In this document: piece by piece, positions 45,826 to 55,597 of the stretch
Numbering within the stretch: position 1 is the first letter of the stretch
How the letters are laid out: each line of letters opens with the position of its first letter
From: a virus
Taxonomy: Duplodnaviria > Caudoviricetes
Virus record (IMG/VR): IMGVR_UViG_3300030606_000008
Location: 1-56,614 of that record
Strand: one strand, 5' to 3'
Length of the DNA: 56,614 nt
The notes under the pieces: model-generated
Database searches by the model: none
What the model was told of the DNA's origin: nothing
The model's input: only the letters and a program-made list of their open reading frames with translations
Position numbers and translations under genes: made by a program

Positions 45826-46085
45826 CCCCAACGACTTCAAAGACCTGCACACGATGCGGTCTCTCTGGGGTTCAAGTGGAGTTCAGCTCTTACAAACGTG
45901 GGGACCGGGTACAGGTCAGGTCTTCATGCAAGGACTGCAATAAGAAGTCGTTACCGCACTTGTTGGGAGTTGTTTCGGACAAGTCCCTAGCGGAGCAAAC
46001 AGGTACTTCTAGAGACATGGTTGCTTGGCACCGTCGAAAGTTAGGGATCAAGTTGAATTCCCAAGGTGAGAGGATCGCAGCCTGA
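45807..46085 (+). CDS. Zn-finger + HTH protein, resembling the DNA-binding part of a homing endonuclease
   Basis: KTCTRC..SSCKDC followed by LLGVVSDKSLAEQTGTSRDMVAWHRRKLGI; no nuclease motif. Confidence 0.55.
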   Translation: MALDLLTPTTSKTCTRCGLSGVQVEFSSYKRGDRVQVRSSCKDCNKKSLPHLLGVVSDKSLAEQTGTSRDMVAWHRRKLGIKLNSQGERIAA

Positions 46086-48709
46086 TGGTAACCAAAGATT
46101 ATGGCGCGGGCGCTAGTACGTACTTGGATCCAGAAGGTCGGAACTGGGAGACGATTGTCTATCAACAGAGCAAGCCAGTTCTAGACTCCGAGCTCAACTT
46201 CATACAAGACTTGAATCAACAGGAGAACGGGCGTCGTCGACGGATCACGATGCCTTCTGGGTGGCTGTCTTCAGACATTACGGACACCTCCAGTGCAGTC
46301 TCGGCCATCTTCACGGCTAGTACTACGGCGAACGAGCTAGAGATTCCCCAAGACCTCCGAGCTCACATCAATGGTTGGGTCATTCGGGTAGGGAACACCA
46401 ACGCCAATGGGACGAACACACTCGACTTGGGCGCGGCACCTTCCGGGGCTGGGGCGGTTCGCACAGATCTCGTGATCTTGGAGGTTTGGCGCAGGCAACT
46501 AGATTCTTCGACGGGGGCGGGCAAGTCTACTGGGGGGCGTATTTGGTGGTACGGCAACGTCAAGATTGCGTCAGCCGACGACGCCACGTTCAACTTCGTT
46601 GCTGACATCGAGGACGCGAACGTTGGGGCGGAGACCACGCAGAGGGTCCAGATCCAGTATCGTCTCAGGGTCATCAACGACGTAGATACACAGACCTACC
46701 CAGACGGGATCAGTGACCCCGCGGTGTTCGCTCACTCAGTCCCCACAGCGCCGGGCACTCCGGACGGGACTGTCACTGTCTTCAATTACTCGAACCAGTC
46801 AGCCAACGGGGATCCAGGTCTCTGGAGGGCGGGGGACGGCAGTCCAGCCAACACGTTGAGCACGGTGGACGGCTACATGTACGCCGTTCCTTTATGCGCC
46901 GTTTTTAGGCGCAATACGACGGCGTTTGCGAGGAACACCAATCACAACGGGGGGGTGGCCGACCCTGGACCTTCGGACCGCCCTGACGGTCTCTTCCACG
47001 ACATCTTCGTCGCTCGAGACGTCATGGACCTGCGCCGGAACGTCAACCCCAACGGGTGGGACTTGCAGGAGCTCCTCGACAAGAACATGAACTACCTGCT
47101 GGACAACAGTCTCCAGACGGAGGTCGGGGCGACTCTAGTTGGGGGAGGGACCGTTGGGCATACTGTCCTGACCGCGGACGAGATAGGGGTATCTAACGCT
47201 AACGGTGGGGACGGGACTACGACGGGAGACACCCCGGGAGCCACGTTTGTAGGGGAGTTCGACGCGCTCAGACGGAGGTTCTCGGACAGAGCCACCTTAG
47301 AAACTGTGCGGCTCGCCTATACGCCGGCAGACGGTTCGGGTGGGGGCCCCAACTGGGGGGCTGGGGATACGGTCACGCTGGACCCCACTTCACTGCAGGT
47401 CTACGGGTATTCCGCTTTCAACTGGGCTGCCTACGCGCCTGCGGGGGTGACTTTCGTAGCCGTCAAGGCGATTAGTTTTCTCCCGACGAGTGGGGGGTCT
47501 GGGGGTGCTAACGACGCCTTCGGTCAAATTGGAGACGGCACCCCGGTGGACCTGTCGGACGTCGAGATTACGGGACTGGGAGCTGTCCCGGTCTCGAGTG
47601 TCACGGTCACTCTCCGCAGTGGTATTCTGACGAACATCACGGACGAGACGATGGTGGTCACACTCGTGGTCACGTACCCCAAGGGGGTAGGACTCACCAA
47701 GACTCCGACCGCCGACTTCGGGGCAGACAGCTTTTCCGTAAACAACCCCGGACAGCTCCCGGCCACGACTCCAGTCTTCTTTGAAGCCTTCGAGGACCAG
47801 AGCATCGACGCGCCGCACCGAGAGGTTGCCCTCACCTATCGTACGGTCACTCAAACTCTGGAGACACAGCACACGGGGTCGGACACCGACACGTGGTACA
47901 TGCCGGAGAGAGTTGAGTCGGTCTCCGAGATTCGGGTAGATTCCATCGCTTTTGGGGGAGCCATCACGATATCAGACGACGGGTACGTCATCTCACTGGA
48001 CTCTGACGGGTTTACTGCAGACCCCATAGAGATCGACTACAAAGCCCGGCGCCCTCTCCCACAGAACGACGAGCAGCTGACGATCTACTACGAGTCGAGG
48101 GTAGCTCAAATGACTCGCAGTGCCATCGTGGGCACGTCTCTCCAAGTCATTCCAAAGTACTTGGACTCCCATATGTACGTGATGACTGTGGGAAGCGGGT
48201 CGCAGGACGAGGCCTATCCCTTCCCGTCTCAATACGTACAAGTTCCAGGGGTCTATCCCACGTCGGGGGGGTCATTTGGGGGTGACCACGAATTTGATGC
48301 GACGAGCAACGTGAACGTCACGGGGTTCAGTTCGGCCACTGGCTTTCTCAAGCTTCCTACGCTGCTCCCTCTCGTCCCCCATCCGGAGGACATCACCCTC
48401 TCTAGGGTTGGAGGGGACATCGACGCGGAAGGTCGAGCATTTTTCAAGGCTACTTCAGGCTATCCTTTGGGAGCTTGGGCGCAGCCTCTGTCCGATTCGA
48501 CGAATCATCGCACGGTCGTTCCCATGATAGCGGAGTTCGCCTCTGACGTATCTGCAGGTCCTGCTGGAACTTTGGTCTTGGCCTTGGTCTCCAACGTGCA
48601 CAGTACGGCGGACAACATGGTGGGGTTTGATTCGGACTTGGCTCAAAACCGCACGACTGTCAGCGTCTATCGACTAAAGGGGAATCCTTTGAGTAACCGC
48701 AGGTCTTGA
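46085..48709 (+). CDS. Large baseplate/tail-fibre-base protein, paralog A
   Basis: 874 aa; N-terminal IVYQQSKPVLDSELNFIQDL, RTDLVILEVW, ETTQRVQIQYRLRV, DPGLWRAGDG, TVDGYMYAVPL, RPDGLFHD. Confidence 0.72.
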   Translation: MVTKDYGAGASTYLDPEGRNWETIVYQQSKPVLDSELNFIQDLNQQENGRRRRITMPSGWLSSDITDTSSAVSAIFTASTTANELEIPQDLRAHINGWVIRVGNTNANGTNTLDLGAAPSGAGAVRTDLVILEVWRRQLDSSTGAGKSTGGRIWWYGNVKIASADDATFNFVADIEDANVGAETTQRVQIQYRLRVINDVDTQTYPDGISDPAVFAHSVPTAPGTPDGTVTVFNYSNQSANGDPGLWRAGDGSPANTLSTVDGYMYAVPLCAVFRRNTTAFARNTNHNGGVADPGPSDRPDGLFHDIFVARDVMDLRRNVNPNGWDLQELLDKNMNYLLDNSLQTEVGATLVGGGTVGHTVLTADEIGVSNANGGDGTTTGDTPGATFVGEFDALRRRFSDRATLETVRLAYTPADGSGGGPNWGAGDTVTLDPTSLQVYGYSAFNWAAYAPAGVTFVAVKAISFLPTSGGSGGANDAFGQIGDGTPVDLSDVEITGLGAVPVSSVTVTLRSGILTNITDETMVVTLVVTYPKGVGLTKTPTADFGADSFSVNNPGQLPATTPVFFEAFEDQSIDAPHREVALTYRTVTQTLETQHTGSDTDTWYMPERVESVSEIRVDSIAFGGAITISDDGYVISLDSDGFTADPIEIDYKARRPLPQNDEQLTIYYESRVAQMTRSAIVGTSLQVIPKYLDSHMYVMTVGSGSQDEAYPFPSQYVQVPGVYPTSGGSFGGDHEFDATSNVNVTGFSSATGFLKLPTLLPLVPHPEDITLSRVGGDIDAEGRAFFKATSGYPLGAWAQPLSDSTNHRTVVPMIAEFASDVSAGPAGTLVLALVSNVHSTADNMVGFDSDLAQNRTTVSVYRLKGNPLSNRRS

Positions 48710-48744
48710 GATCCCTTTGATAACCCCTCAAATGAAGAAATCGT

Positions 48745-51700
48745 ATGACTGACAATTACGGACCCGGTCCATCCCGCGTATTGGAGCCCAGTAAGTCTCA
48801 GATGACTCAAGTCATCTGGCAGATGGCCAAACCACCATTGGATTCCGAGCTCAACTTTCTCCAACAACTGGCTACGGACTGGAGAAAGACAGCCGTCCTC
48901 ACGGGGACACCTTCGGGGTGGTTGGGCAACGGGGTGAACGACGGGGAGGCTTTCATCACGAACGCTTCGTGGTCTAACTGGTTTCGATTCGGGCATCAAC
49001 GTACGGGGGAGAAGGCCCCGATTCAGTGGGCAGTGGTCAATGGTTGGTTGGTCCCTGTCACGGGGACGTTGACGGGCACTCCTCCAGGGTCTCCCAACGA
49101 CACGGATACTTGGAACAAGGTCACTCTCGGACCTCCCCCGTCCAATTCTGGGGACAGTCGAATCGACTTCGTGTTCTTGGAGGTGTGGCAGGCCAAGATC
49201 GCCCCCAACTCCAGCACGACCAACAAACCCTCTGCGAGCAGTGTCTATACTTACGGTAACGTCGAGGGTGGGTACTCTTTCCTAGCGGACGACCTGATCG
49301 ACCCTGAACTAGGCTTTGAGACGACTCAAAGAGTCCAGGTCCAGTATCGAATCCGTGTCGTGACGGGGCTCGTAGGACTGACGACTTTCCCTGACGGGTT
49401 CGATCCGGCTAACGTCAAGGGGCGGGGGGCGGCCGCATCGGACACTGCTTATACGTTCTCGAACATGAGGACAGAGTTGGGAGACCCAGGTCTTTGGAGG
49501 GCGGGGGACGGGACAGCCAACAGCCTCGGTACGGTAGACGGGTACACCTACGCCATACCCCTAACCGTAGTGTTTAGGAGAAACTCTGTTGCTTGGGACG
49601 GGGACCCTGGGCAGAACCTCAACGGCGGGTTCAACCGCAATCCAACGGCGGTAGACCGTACGGGGGTCCTGACGTTCTCGACGGTTCCGACGTTGGACGC
49701 GAGCATGACGTCGTCACAACTGACGCTCGAGCTAGCAAGTGCCTCGAACATTCCTCTCCCCAAGAGCCCGGCTACTTCCGTGACCATAAAAGTTGGGGAC
49801 GAGTTCATGTCTTACTCGTCCATCACGGGGACGACCATGACGTTAGACGGTCGTGGTATCTTAGGTAGTAAGGCAGAAGTCCACAGTTCTGGAGAAACGG
49901 TAGAGGTAGTTTCGGGGCGTCCAGACGGTCTTTTCTCCGACCAGGTCATACGAGACGACATCCTAGACCTCCGACATGTCGTAAACCCCAACGGGTTCAA
50001 TTACCGAACGCTATTGAAGGCGACTTTGGACAAGTGCCTCAAGGGGACTTTGAAGTCCAACTGGAAGCGTAGTGGTGGTGGACCTCAGGGGGCCATGGTT
50101 TTTTACCAGGATAAAGTTTCTGGGTCTGCCGCGGCTCTGGGGGTATCCAAGCTCGACGCTCCAGACAACATACGTCAGATCTTTTCGGACGCGTCAGTCC
50201 TACAACCCATCGAGTTCATCGCCACTCCCCCGACTGGCACGGGGGCCTCGGAGGACGTCTCTACGACGTGGGGTCTGGGGTTGGACGGTACGGTAGACAA
50301 CACTGGGGGGTCTGCCAACCAGTGGTCGGACGGGGACGTCATCACCATACCGGTAGCTCAGTTCAAGACTACGGTCTCCGGTCCAGACGCTGACCAGGTC
50401 TCTTTTCCCAAGAGAAGTGCCTCTGCCTCGCCAGCGGTAATCAAGATCCGAGTAGCGGGGTTGGAGACTGACCTCACGGAAGGCTCCAACTTCTCCGTAA
50501 CGACCCCTACGGGTCCGGACGATGACCTGGTCATTACGTTGGACGACATCGAGTCCACGGTGAACACGGAGCTGCTGTTCATCACTTTCCACATCCAGTA
50601 CGGACCGGGTAGGGGGCTCAGTCGCAGACCGGATAAGTACCACAGCACGGCCTACCTCAATGCTGCTTCGGGTACGATGCTGCGCCAGCACGGGGTCCCG
50701 TCCAACAACACGCCTTTGAGTGTCGCGTACGCCCCCCTGTGGTCCAAGTTCCGGAAGACGATGTTCAACTCGCAGCTCCCGGTAACGGCTGAGAGTTACG
50801 TCGACCCCGGGAGTAAGACCCTGATTCTCAACCCCTTCCGGAGGCTGGACCTACCTCCGGACCCCTTCAGAGGGATACGCAACACCTCTCTGCACAGCAG
50901 TAACGGCCCCATGCCGGACACGGGGAAGTTCGGGGGTACGAATGACCCCCTGACTCTTTTCAGTTCGGGGGCTCACGCGGGGGCTTCAGGGTCCACGTTC
51001 ATCATCCTTCCTAGAAATCTCGTGCCGGGGTGGGGGGCGGTACACTGCCCCATCATACACACGGACACGGCGGACTTTGCAGAGGGCGTCAACTTTGGAT
51101 TTCGAGTACCGAAAGGTCTGGCTGGGGGAACGGAGCACTCCAACATCATCCCCGACTTGGGGACTCGGGTCACTACGTTCAGTACGGAAAACCTGAATAC
51201 AGATACGCCAGCAGCGTACAACACGCAATTCCTATACACGATTCCAATGGCGGGAATCCGTCACTTCACGGACGGTCGTGGGTTGGGCCGAGAAGGTTTG
51301 GAGCTCCCACCTTTCTATGGGATTGCACGACTTTTTGCCGTATACGAGTCACAAGACTACAAGTCGAACCTCAGCAACTACAACGTCGACCGAACGTTGA
51401 AGGGGGCGCCGGCTTCGACGAACCTCCTCCGGCAAGACTTCGAAGGTCCTACGTTCTGGATCGAGATCGACAGTGACGGGGACTCTACGTTCGTTCTCAA
51501 CGCGGACGCCGTCGACATCTCGAAGTCCCCGAACGCGATCGCCTCTTTCGGGGTAGGTAACTACGTCGTCGAAGCGGACATCTTCGGGTTCGACCGAGGA
51601 GCCTTCGACTTGGACGAAGACTGTCGAATCGTACTCACGAGGGAGCGTCCTGACGCCACTGACGTAACCGCCGACGCAGACGTAAACTTGAACTCAGTTT

Positions 51701-52794
51701 CTCTGGCTGTCCCTGGCCCTGCTCAAGGGTCCGAGTCGATCGCGGCGAACTTCTCCCGAAACGTGTACCAGGGGGACATCTGGGGGTCCCAAGGGGCTCA
51801 ACAGGACATCCCGCAGTTGGTGGGGCCCTTAACGTCTGGTACAGCCTACCAGATAAGTTCTACGGAGTTGGATACGGACTCCCTGACCCGACCCAACCCG
51901 AAGGTGTTGGAGGTCTTAGACTCCATCGGGTTCATGACGACTTTGGGGACGGGTAGGATATCTGGAGACTTCGACGCGGCGGCTGAACTAGACTATAGAT
52001 TTCCCGGGTACGAAGACGGCTCTGTCTACCCACCAGCGTCGGCTGTGGCGGACAGACCCGAGCTGGAGGTGGGCGCGACCAACGACACTCTAGGAGCGCT
52101 GGACAGCCTTCTCAACCTAGGGACGGAGTACAGCGGTTGCACTTCGAGGCTACCCCTGGGGGCCTTCTACAGGGACAAGGACTTCCGAGGGAACACGATA
52201 CACGCGGAGACTAACTCGAACCCCTTGGGACTGCTGTTCCAGGAAGTGGCCGGAGGTCTGGTGTCCGGCCTCAGCGTGGACCCGGAGACGAGTGGCGCCG
52301 CGGTCTTCACGACTTCCCAGTCCTCTGGGGCCCCGGGAAACATCGTGGTTCATTTGGACGGGGAGAACGGAAACTACTCCTTGTTGACCAACTTCCGGAC
52401 GACTCGAGGGGGCTCCGTATTCACTGCGTCGGGGCCTCGACCGGGAGGTGAGGTGGGGGCTCAACTGTCTAGACAGTCCAGTCTCAGCAACTTCAACTCT
52501 ACGCTCGTAGGGGTTGCTCATCTGGTCCGGAACTCCGTGACGAGTATTGGAGCCGCCGAGGTCTCGGCGGGACAGGAGCTCCAGATGCTCATTACGACTA
52601 TGGTCATCCGAAATGACGGGGCTACCAAACCATTGTTCGTCCTCGTCGGGTCTCAGGGGACGGGAGAAGGGTTCGGAGCGGCGGACGTCTATCGGTTGGA
52701 AGGGCGCCCCCTGACCAACGACGGGGTCCGCATCAACTTGGACTCCACCACCATCGCGTTGAGCACTCAGACGTCGCTCAAGCCGGTAATCTAA
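48745..52794 (+). CDS. Large baseplate/tail-fibre-base protein, paralog B
   Basis: 1349 aa; same blocks as paralog A (VIWQMAKPPLDSELNFLQQL, RIDFVFLEVW, ETTQRVQVQYRIRV, DPGLWRAGDG, RPDGLFSD) and a similar C-terminus VYRLEGRPL. Confidence 0.72.
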   Translation: MTDNYGPGPSRVLEPSKSQMTQVIWQMAKPPLDSELNFLQQLATDWRKTAVLTGTPSGWLGNGVNDGEAFITNASWSNWFRFGHQRTGEKAPIQWAVVNGWLVPVTGTLTGTPPGSPNDTDTWNKVTLGPPPSNSGDSRIDFVFLEVWQAKIAPNSSTTNKPSASSVYTYGNVEGGYSFLADDLIDPELGFETTQRVQVQYRIRVVTGLVGLTTFPDGFDPANVKGRGAAASDTAYTFSNMRTELGDPGLWRAGDGTANSLGTVDGYTYAIPLTVVFRRNSVAWDGDPGQNLNGGFNRNPTAVDRTGVLTFSTVPTLDASMTSSQLTLELASASNIPLPKSPATSVTIKVGDEFMSYSSITGTTMTLDGRGILGSKAEVHSSGETVEVVSGRPDGLFSDQVIRDDILDLRHVVNPNGFNYRTLLKATLDKCLKGTLKSNWKRSGGGPQGAMVFYQDKVSGSAAALGVSKLDAPDNIRQIFSDASVLQPIEFIATPPTGTGASEDVSTTWGLGLDGTVDNTGGSANQWSDGDVITIPVAQFKTTVSGPDADQVSFPKRSASASPAVIKIRVAGLETDLTEGSNFSVTTPTGPDDDLVITLDDIESTVNTELLFITFHIQYGPGRGLSRRPDKYHSTAYLNAASGTMLRQHGVPSNNTPLSVAYAPLWSKFRKTMFNSQLPVTAESYVDPGSKTLILNPFRRLDLPPDPFRGIRNTSLHSSNGPMPDTGKFGGTNDPLTLFSSGAHAGASGSTFIILPRNLVPGWGAVHCPIIHTDTADFAEGVNFGFRVPKGLAGGTEHSNIIPDLGTRVTTFSTENLNTDTPAAYNTQFLYTIPMAGIRHFTDGRGLGREGLELPPFYGIARLFAVYESQDYKSNLSNYNVDRTLKGAPASTNLLRQDFEGPTFWIEIDSDGDSTFVLNADAVDISKSPNAIASFGVGNYVVEADIFGFDRGAFDLDEDCRIVLTRERPDATDVTADADVNLNSVSLAVPGPAQGSESIAANFSRNVYQGDIWGSQGAQQDIPQLVGPLTSGTAYQISSTELDTDSLTRPNPKVLEVLDSIGFMTTLGTGRISGDFDAAAELDYRFPGYEDGSVYPPASAVADRPELEVGATNDTLGALDSLLNLGTEYSGCTSRLPLGAFYRDKDFRGNTIHAETNSNPLGLLFQEVAGGLVSGLSVDPETSGAAVFTTSQSSGAPGNIVVHLDGENGNYSLLTNFRTTRGGSVFTASGPRPGGEVGAQLSRQSSLSNFNSTLVGVAHLVRNSVTSIGAAEVSAGQELQMLITTMVIRNDGATKPLFVLVGSQGTGEGFGAADVYRLEGRPLTNDGVRINLDSTTIALSTQTSLKPVI

Positions 52795-52795
52795 G

Positions 52796-53449
52796 ATGGC
52801 AACGATCTACCTCATAGACGGTCACACCAACCCGATCGCCAACTCACAGATCAACGACGTGCAGTTTACGGACGTGAACGACCAGGTCCCCCTCACGGAC
52901 AACTTTCCCATCCGTATTGGAGACCAGCTATCTATTGACGAGCCGTCCTCTTACTCAGACTTGTTAGCGAAGAAGGGGCTCGCTCTACTGGCTGACTTCC
53001 CGGGTTTTGCGACCATTCTTTTCGACGACTTGACGGACGCGACGGGGATTAGCGCAGCCAACAGTACGTCGTTCGTTTCGGGAAGTAGGCAGACCGTAGG
53101 TCTGAGTGGACCCGGGACTGGGAGCGACTCTCGACTGCAGACCGTAGCCACGGCCTTGGGCTCGACTCCCACGCAGTTCGTGTTGGTTTGGGAGGCGTTT
53201 CAGGTCGTCTACAACGAGGACCCCAAGACGGGTCGCCTAACTCGCAGTTATCAGGACGGTACCGACGCGTCCATCGAAGCGGAGGTCAGTTTCAACAACG
53301 GGTCCACGTTTATCACGGGAGTTCAGAGCGGGGTCATGACGGACATCCTGGTCGCTGACCAGGGGTCTACGGGGATCATCCGACTCCAGGACAGTTCGGA
53401 CTCCATCACGACCCCGACCTACTTCAATTCACTTGCGTTGATCTACTGA
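52796..53449 (+). CDS. Hypothetical virion protein
   Basis: 217-aa acidic beta-rich ORF in the operon (EAEVSFNNGSTF). Confidence 0.7.
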   Translation: MATIYLIDGHTNPIANSQINDVQFTDVNDQVPLTDNFPIRIGDQLSIDEPSSYSDLLAKKGLALLADFPGFATILFDDLTDATGISAANSTSFVSGSRQTVGLSGPGTGSDSRLQTVATALGSTPTQFVLVWEAFQVVYNEDPKTGRLTRSYQDGTDASIEAEVSFNNGSTFITGVQSGVMTDILVADQGSTGIIRLQDSSDSITTPTYFNSLALIY

Positions 53450-53461
53450 GGAGGGCTTCGG

Positions 53462-55597
53462 ATGGTTTCTAGTAAAAATCCCAGGACGCTCTCGACGGGG
53501 GGTGGAAAGGTTCCCGCCAAGACGGCGGACGCTTCAGCCTTGAGGTCTCCTCCCAGCACGGTCCCTGCCTTCCACACTCACCCCCCTCCTGCAACGGCTT
53601 CCGCCGTAGAGATCACGGACAGTACCAACTCAGAGGGGGTGGCCTTAACCTACGCTCTATCTGACCACGAGCACGCCCACGGTTCTCGAGGAGGGGGTAA
53701 CCTGCACCCTCTGGTATCGGATTCAGACAATGGGTTCGCCCCATCTGCCGCCGGTGAGCCAGTGGGGGCGCTCCTCAAAGTGGACAGCAATGGGGTACCC
53801 AACTGGGATGTCCCGGCTGGGTACGGGGATGGTTCGAGTGGGAACCTCAACATCACGACTAGTAACGTGACTCTCACTGGGGTGGAGCAGTATGACACGA
53901 TTACTTTCGGCAGTGGTCATACGGGCGTCATTCAGACAGCCAACCACACTCTACGTTGTTTAGTTCTAAACTTAGCCAACGTTCAGACGAGGGCGATACA
54001 CGTGGACGGGACCGCGGGGTCCCCCGGTGTCGGGAACGGTTCCCTATCGCTGACGACGCCCCAGACGGACTACAACTTCGTCGTCCCGAACGACGTTACC
54101 GAGATCACGTACACTCTCGACGGAGCCGGTGGTGGGGGTGGTTCGAGTAACTTTAGCCCCGGGATTGCTGGTGGAAATGGTGGCGACGGGGGTCAAGTAA
54201 CGGGAACCTTGACTGTCACACCGACGGAGACACTTCTTTTTACAATCGGCTCCGGTGGTGCTGGTGGGGCTGGAGGCCAAAGTGAACCCGGCGGTGGTGG
54301 TGGCTATACTGCTATCTACCGTTCTACAACACCGCTGGCCGTAGCAGGTGGCGGCGGTGGTGGAGGTGGTCCCCATAGCTCAACAGATCCGGCTGGAGGT
54401 AGAGACGGTGGTGCCGGTGGTGGTAATGGACCTGGTGCAGATGGTGGGGCTGTAGGAGGAACTCCTGCTGGAGGGGGGTCTGGAGGGTCTGGAGGGTCTG
54501 GAGGTATTGCTGTCAATACGGGTGAAGCAGGAAGTACTCAAGCGGGTGGGGACGGTGGTTCCTCGGGAAGTGATACTGGTGGGGGGGCTCTCGGAGGAAC
54601 TCACGGTCAAGGTGGAGATGGAGGTAATGTAAATATTGGTGGGGGTGGCGGTGGTGGTGGCTATGGTGGTGGTGGTGGCGGTGGTCGAGGTGGTAATGGT
54701 AGCAGCGGGGCCCCAGGGGGTCAGGGTGGCGGCGGTGGTGGTGGCGTAGCTACTGGAACTGGTACTGGAGGTACTCAAGGAGGGGGTGCTGCAGGAGGAG
54801 GTGCTGCAAGTGGTGATGCAGACCCCGGGGATTCAGGTGATGATGGTTCCCTCACGATCACTTGGACAGTAGGGTCCCAAACAGCTCCGACAGACAACCA
54901 CCCCAATAACGAGCTGTCTCCAGGTCAGGCTGGAGGTGACGTCAATACGGCTGTCAGCGCTCAAACTTGGGCCCTGGGTGGAGACGGTGGTGCCAGCGGG
55001 GGCGCAGGGGGTGCATCAGGGTCTGTGGCTGACAAAAAGGCTGGAGGAGTAGCAACCTACCATGTCAAGACACCTACCCCAGGCCCACTTTATTGTGGCT
55101 TAGGCGGGGGTGGGGGGGACACTCCCGACGCAGACCCCACTGGTGGGATCGGGGGTCAGGGTGGAGGCTACCTCCGGATCTACGCCCAGAGAATCATCAC
55201 GGACGGGACTACGGCCGCCGGGGCGATCTCCGCTCGAGGCGGTAACGGGGGAGACGGCGTTACCGACGCCTCCCCCACACTCGGCGGTGGCGGGGGCGGT
55301 GGCGGGGGTGGTGGAATTATCGAGGTCGTTACGGAATCCAAGACGGGAACTGTCGTGACGGACCTTTTGGACGCCTCTGGTGGAGATGGGGGCACTGGGG
55401 GGGACTCGACGGGTGCCGGCAACGAGGGTGCTGGTGGTGGGGACGGAGGTGGTGGGGGCCTAATCGTCATTCGGGTGGGGACTACCATCACGACCGTCGT
55501 GGGCTCTGCTGGGGCAGCGGGAACACAGATCGCGGACTCCGGTGGGCTCTCCGGCGGCGCCGGCGGCGCTGGAGGAAGTTGTGTGGGAGACCTCTGA
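53462..55597 (+). CDS. Glycine-rich tail fibre / adhesin-like protein, paralog 1
   Basis: SD GAGGAGG; N-terminal YALSDHEHAH fibre-type motif, YGDGSSG motif and extensive poly-Gly blocks. Confidence 0.72.
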   Translation: MVSSKNPRTLSTGGGKVPAKTADASALRSPPSTVPAFHTHPPPATASAVEITDSTNSEGVALTYALSDHEHAHGSRGGGNLHPLVSDSDNGFAPSAAGEPVGALLKVDSNGVPNWDVPAGYGDGSSGNLNITTSNVTLTGVEQYDTITFGSGHTGVIQTANHTLRCLVLNLANVQTRAIHVDGTAGSPGVGNGSLSLTTPQTDYNFVVPNDVTEITYTLDGAGGGGGSSNFSPGIAGGNGGDGGQVTGTLTVTPTETLLFTIGSGGAGGAGGQSEPGGGGGYTAIYRSTTPLAVAGGGGGGGGPHSSTDPAGGRDGGAGGGNGPGADGGAVGGTPAGGGSGGSGGSGGIAVNTGEAGSTQAGGDGGSSGSDTGGGALGGTHGQGGDGGNVNIGGGGGGGGYGGGGGGGRGGNGSSGAPGGQGGGGGGGVATGTGTGGTQGGGAAGGGAASGDADPGDSGDDGSLTITWTVGSQTAPTDNHPNNELSPGQAGGDVNTAVSAQTWALGGDGGASGGAGGASGSVADKKAGGVATYHVKTPTPGPLYCGLGGGGGDTPDADPTGGIGGQGGGYLRIYAQRIITDGTTAAGAISARGGNGGDGVTDASPTLGGGGGGGGGGGIIEVVTESKTGTVVTDLLDASGGDGGTGGDSTGAGNEGAGGGDGGGGGLIVIRVGTTITTVVGSAGAAGTQIADSGGLSGGAGGAGGSCVGDL
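55172..55313 (+). repeat. 142-bp near-identical direct repeat, copy 1 (copy 2 at 56473-56614)
   Basis: 138/142 identical by manual alignment; the second copy is cut by the window end. Confidence 0.85.
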
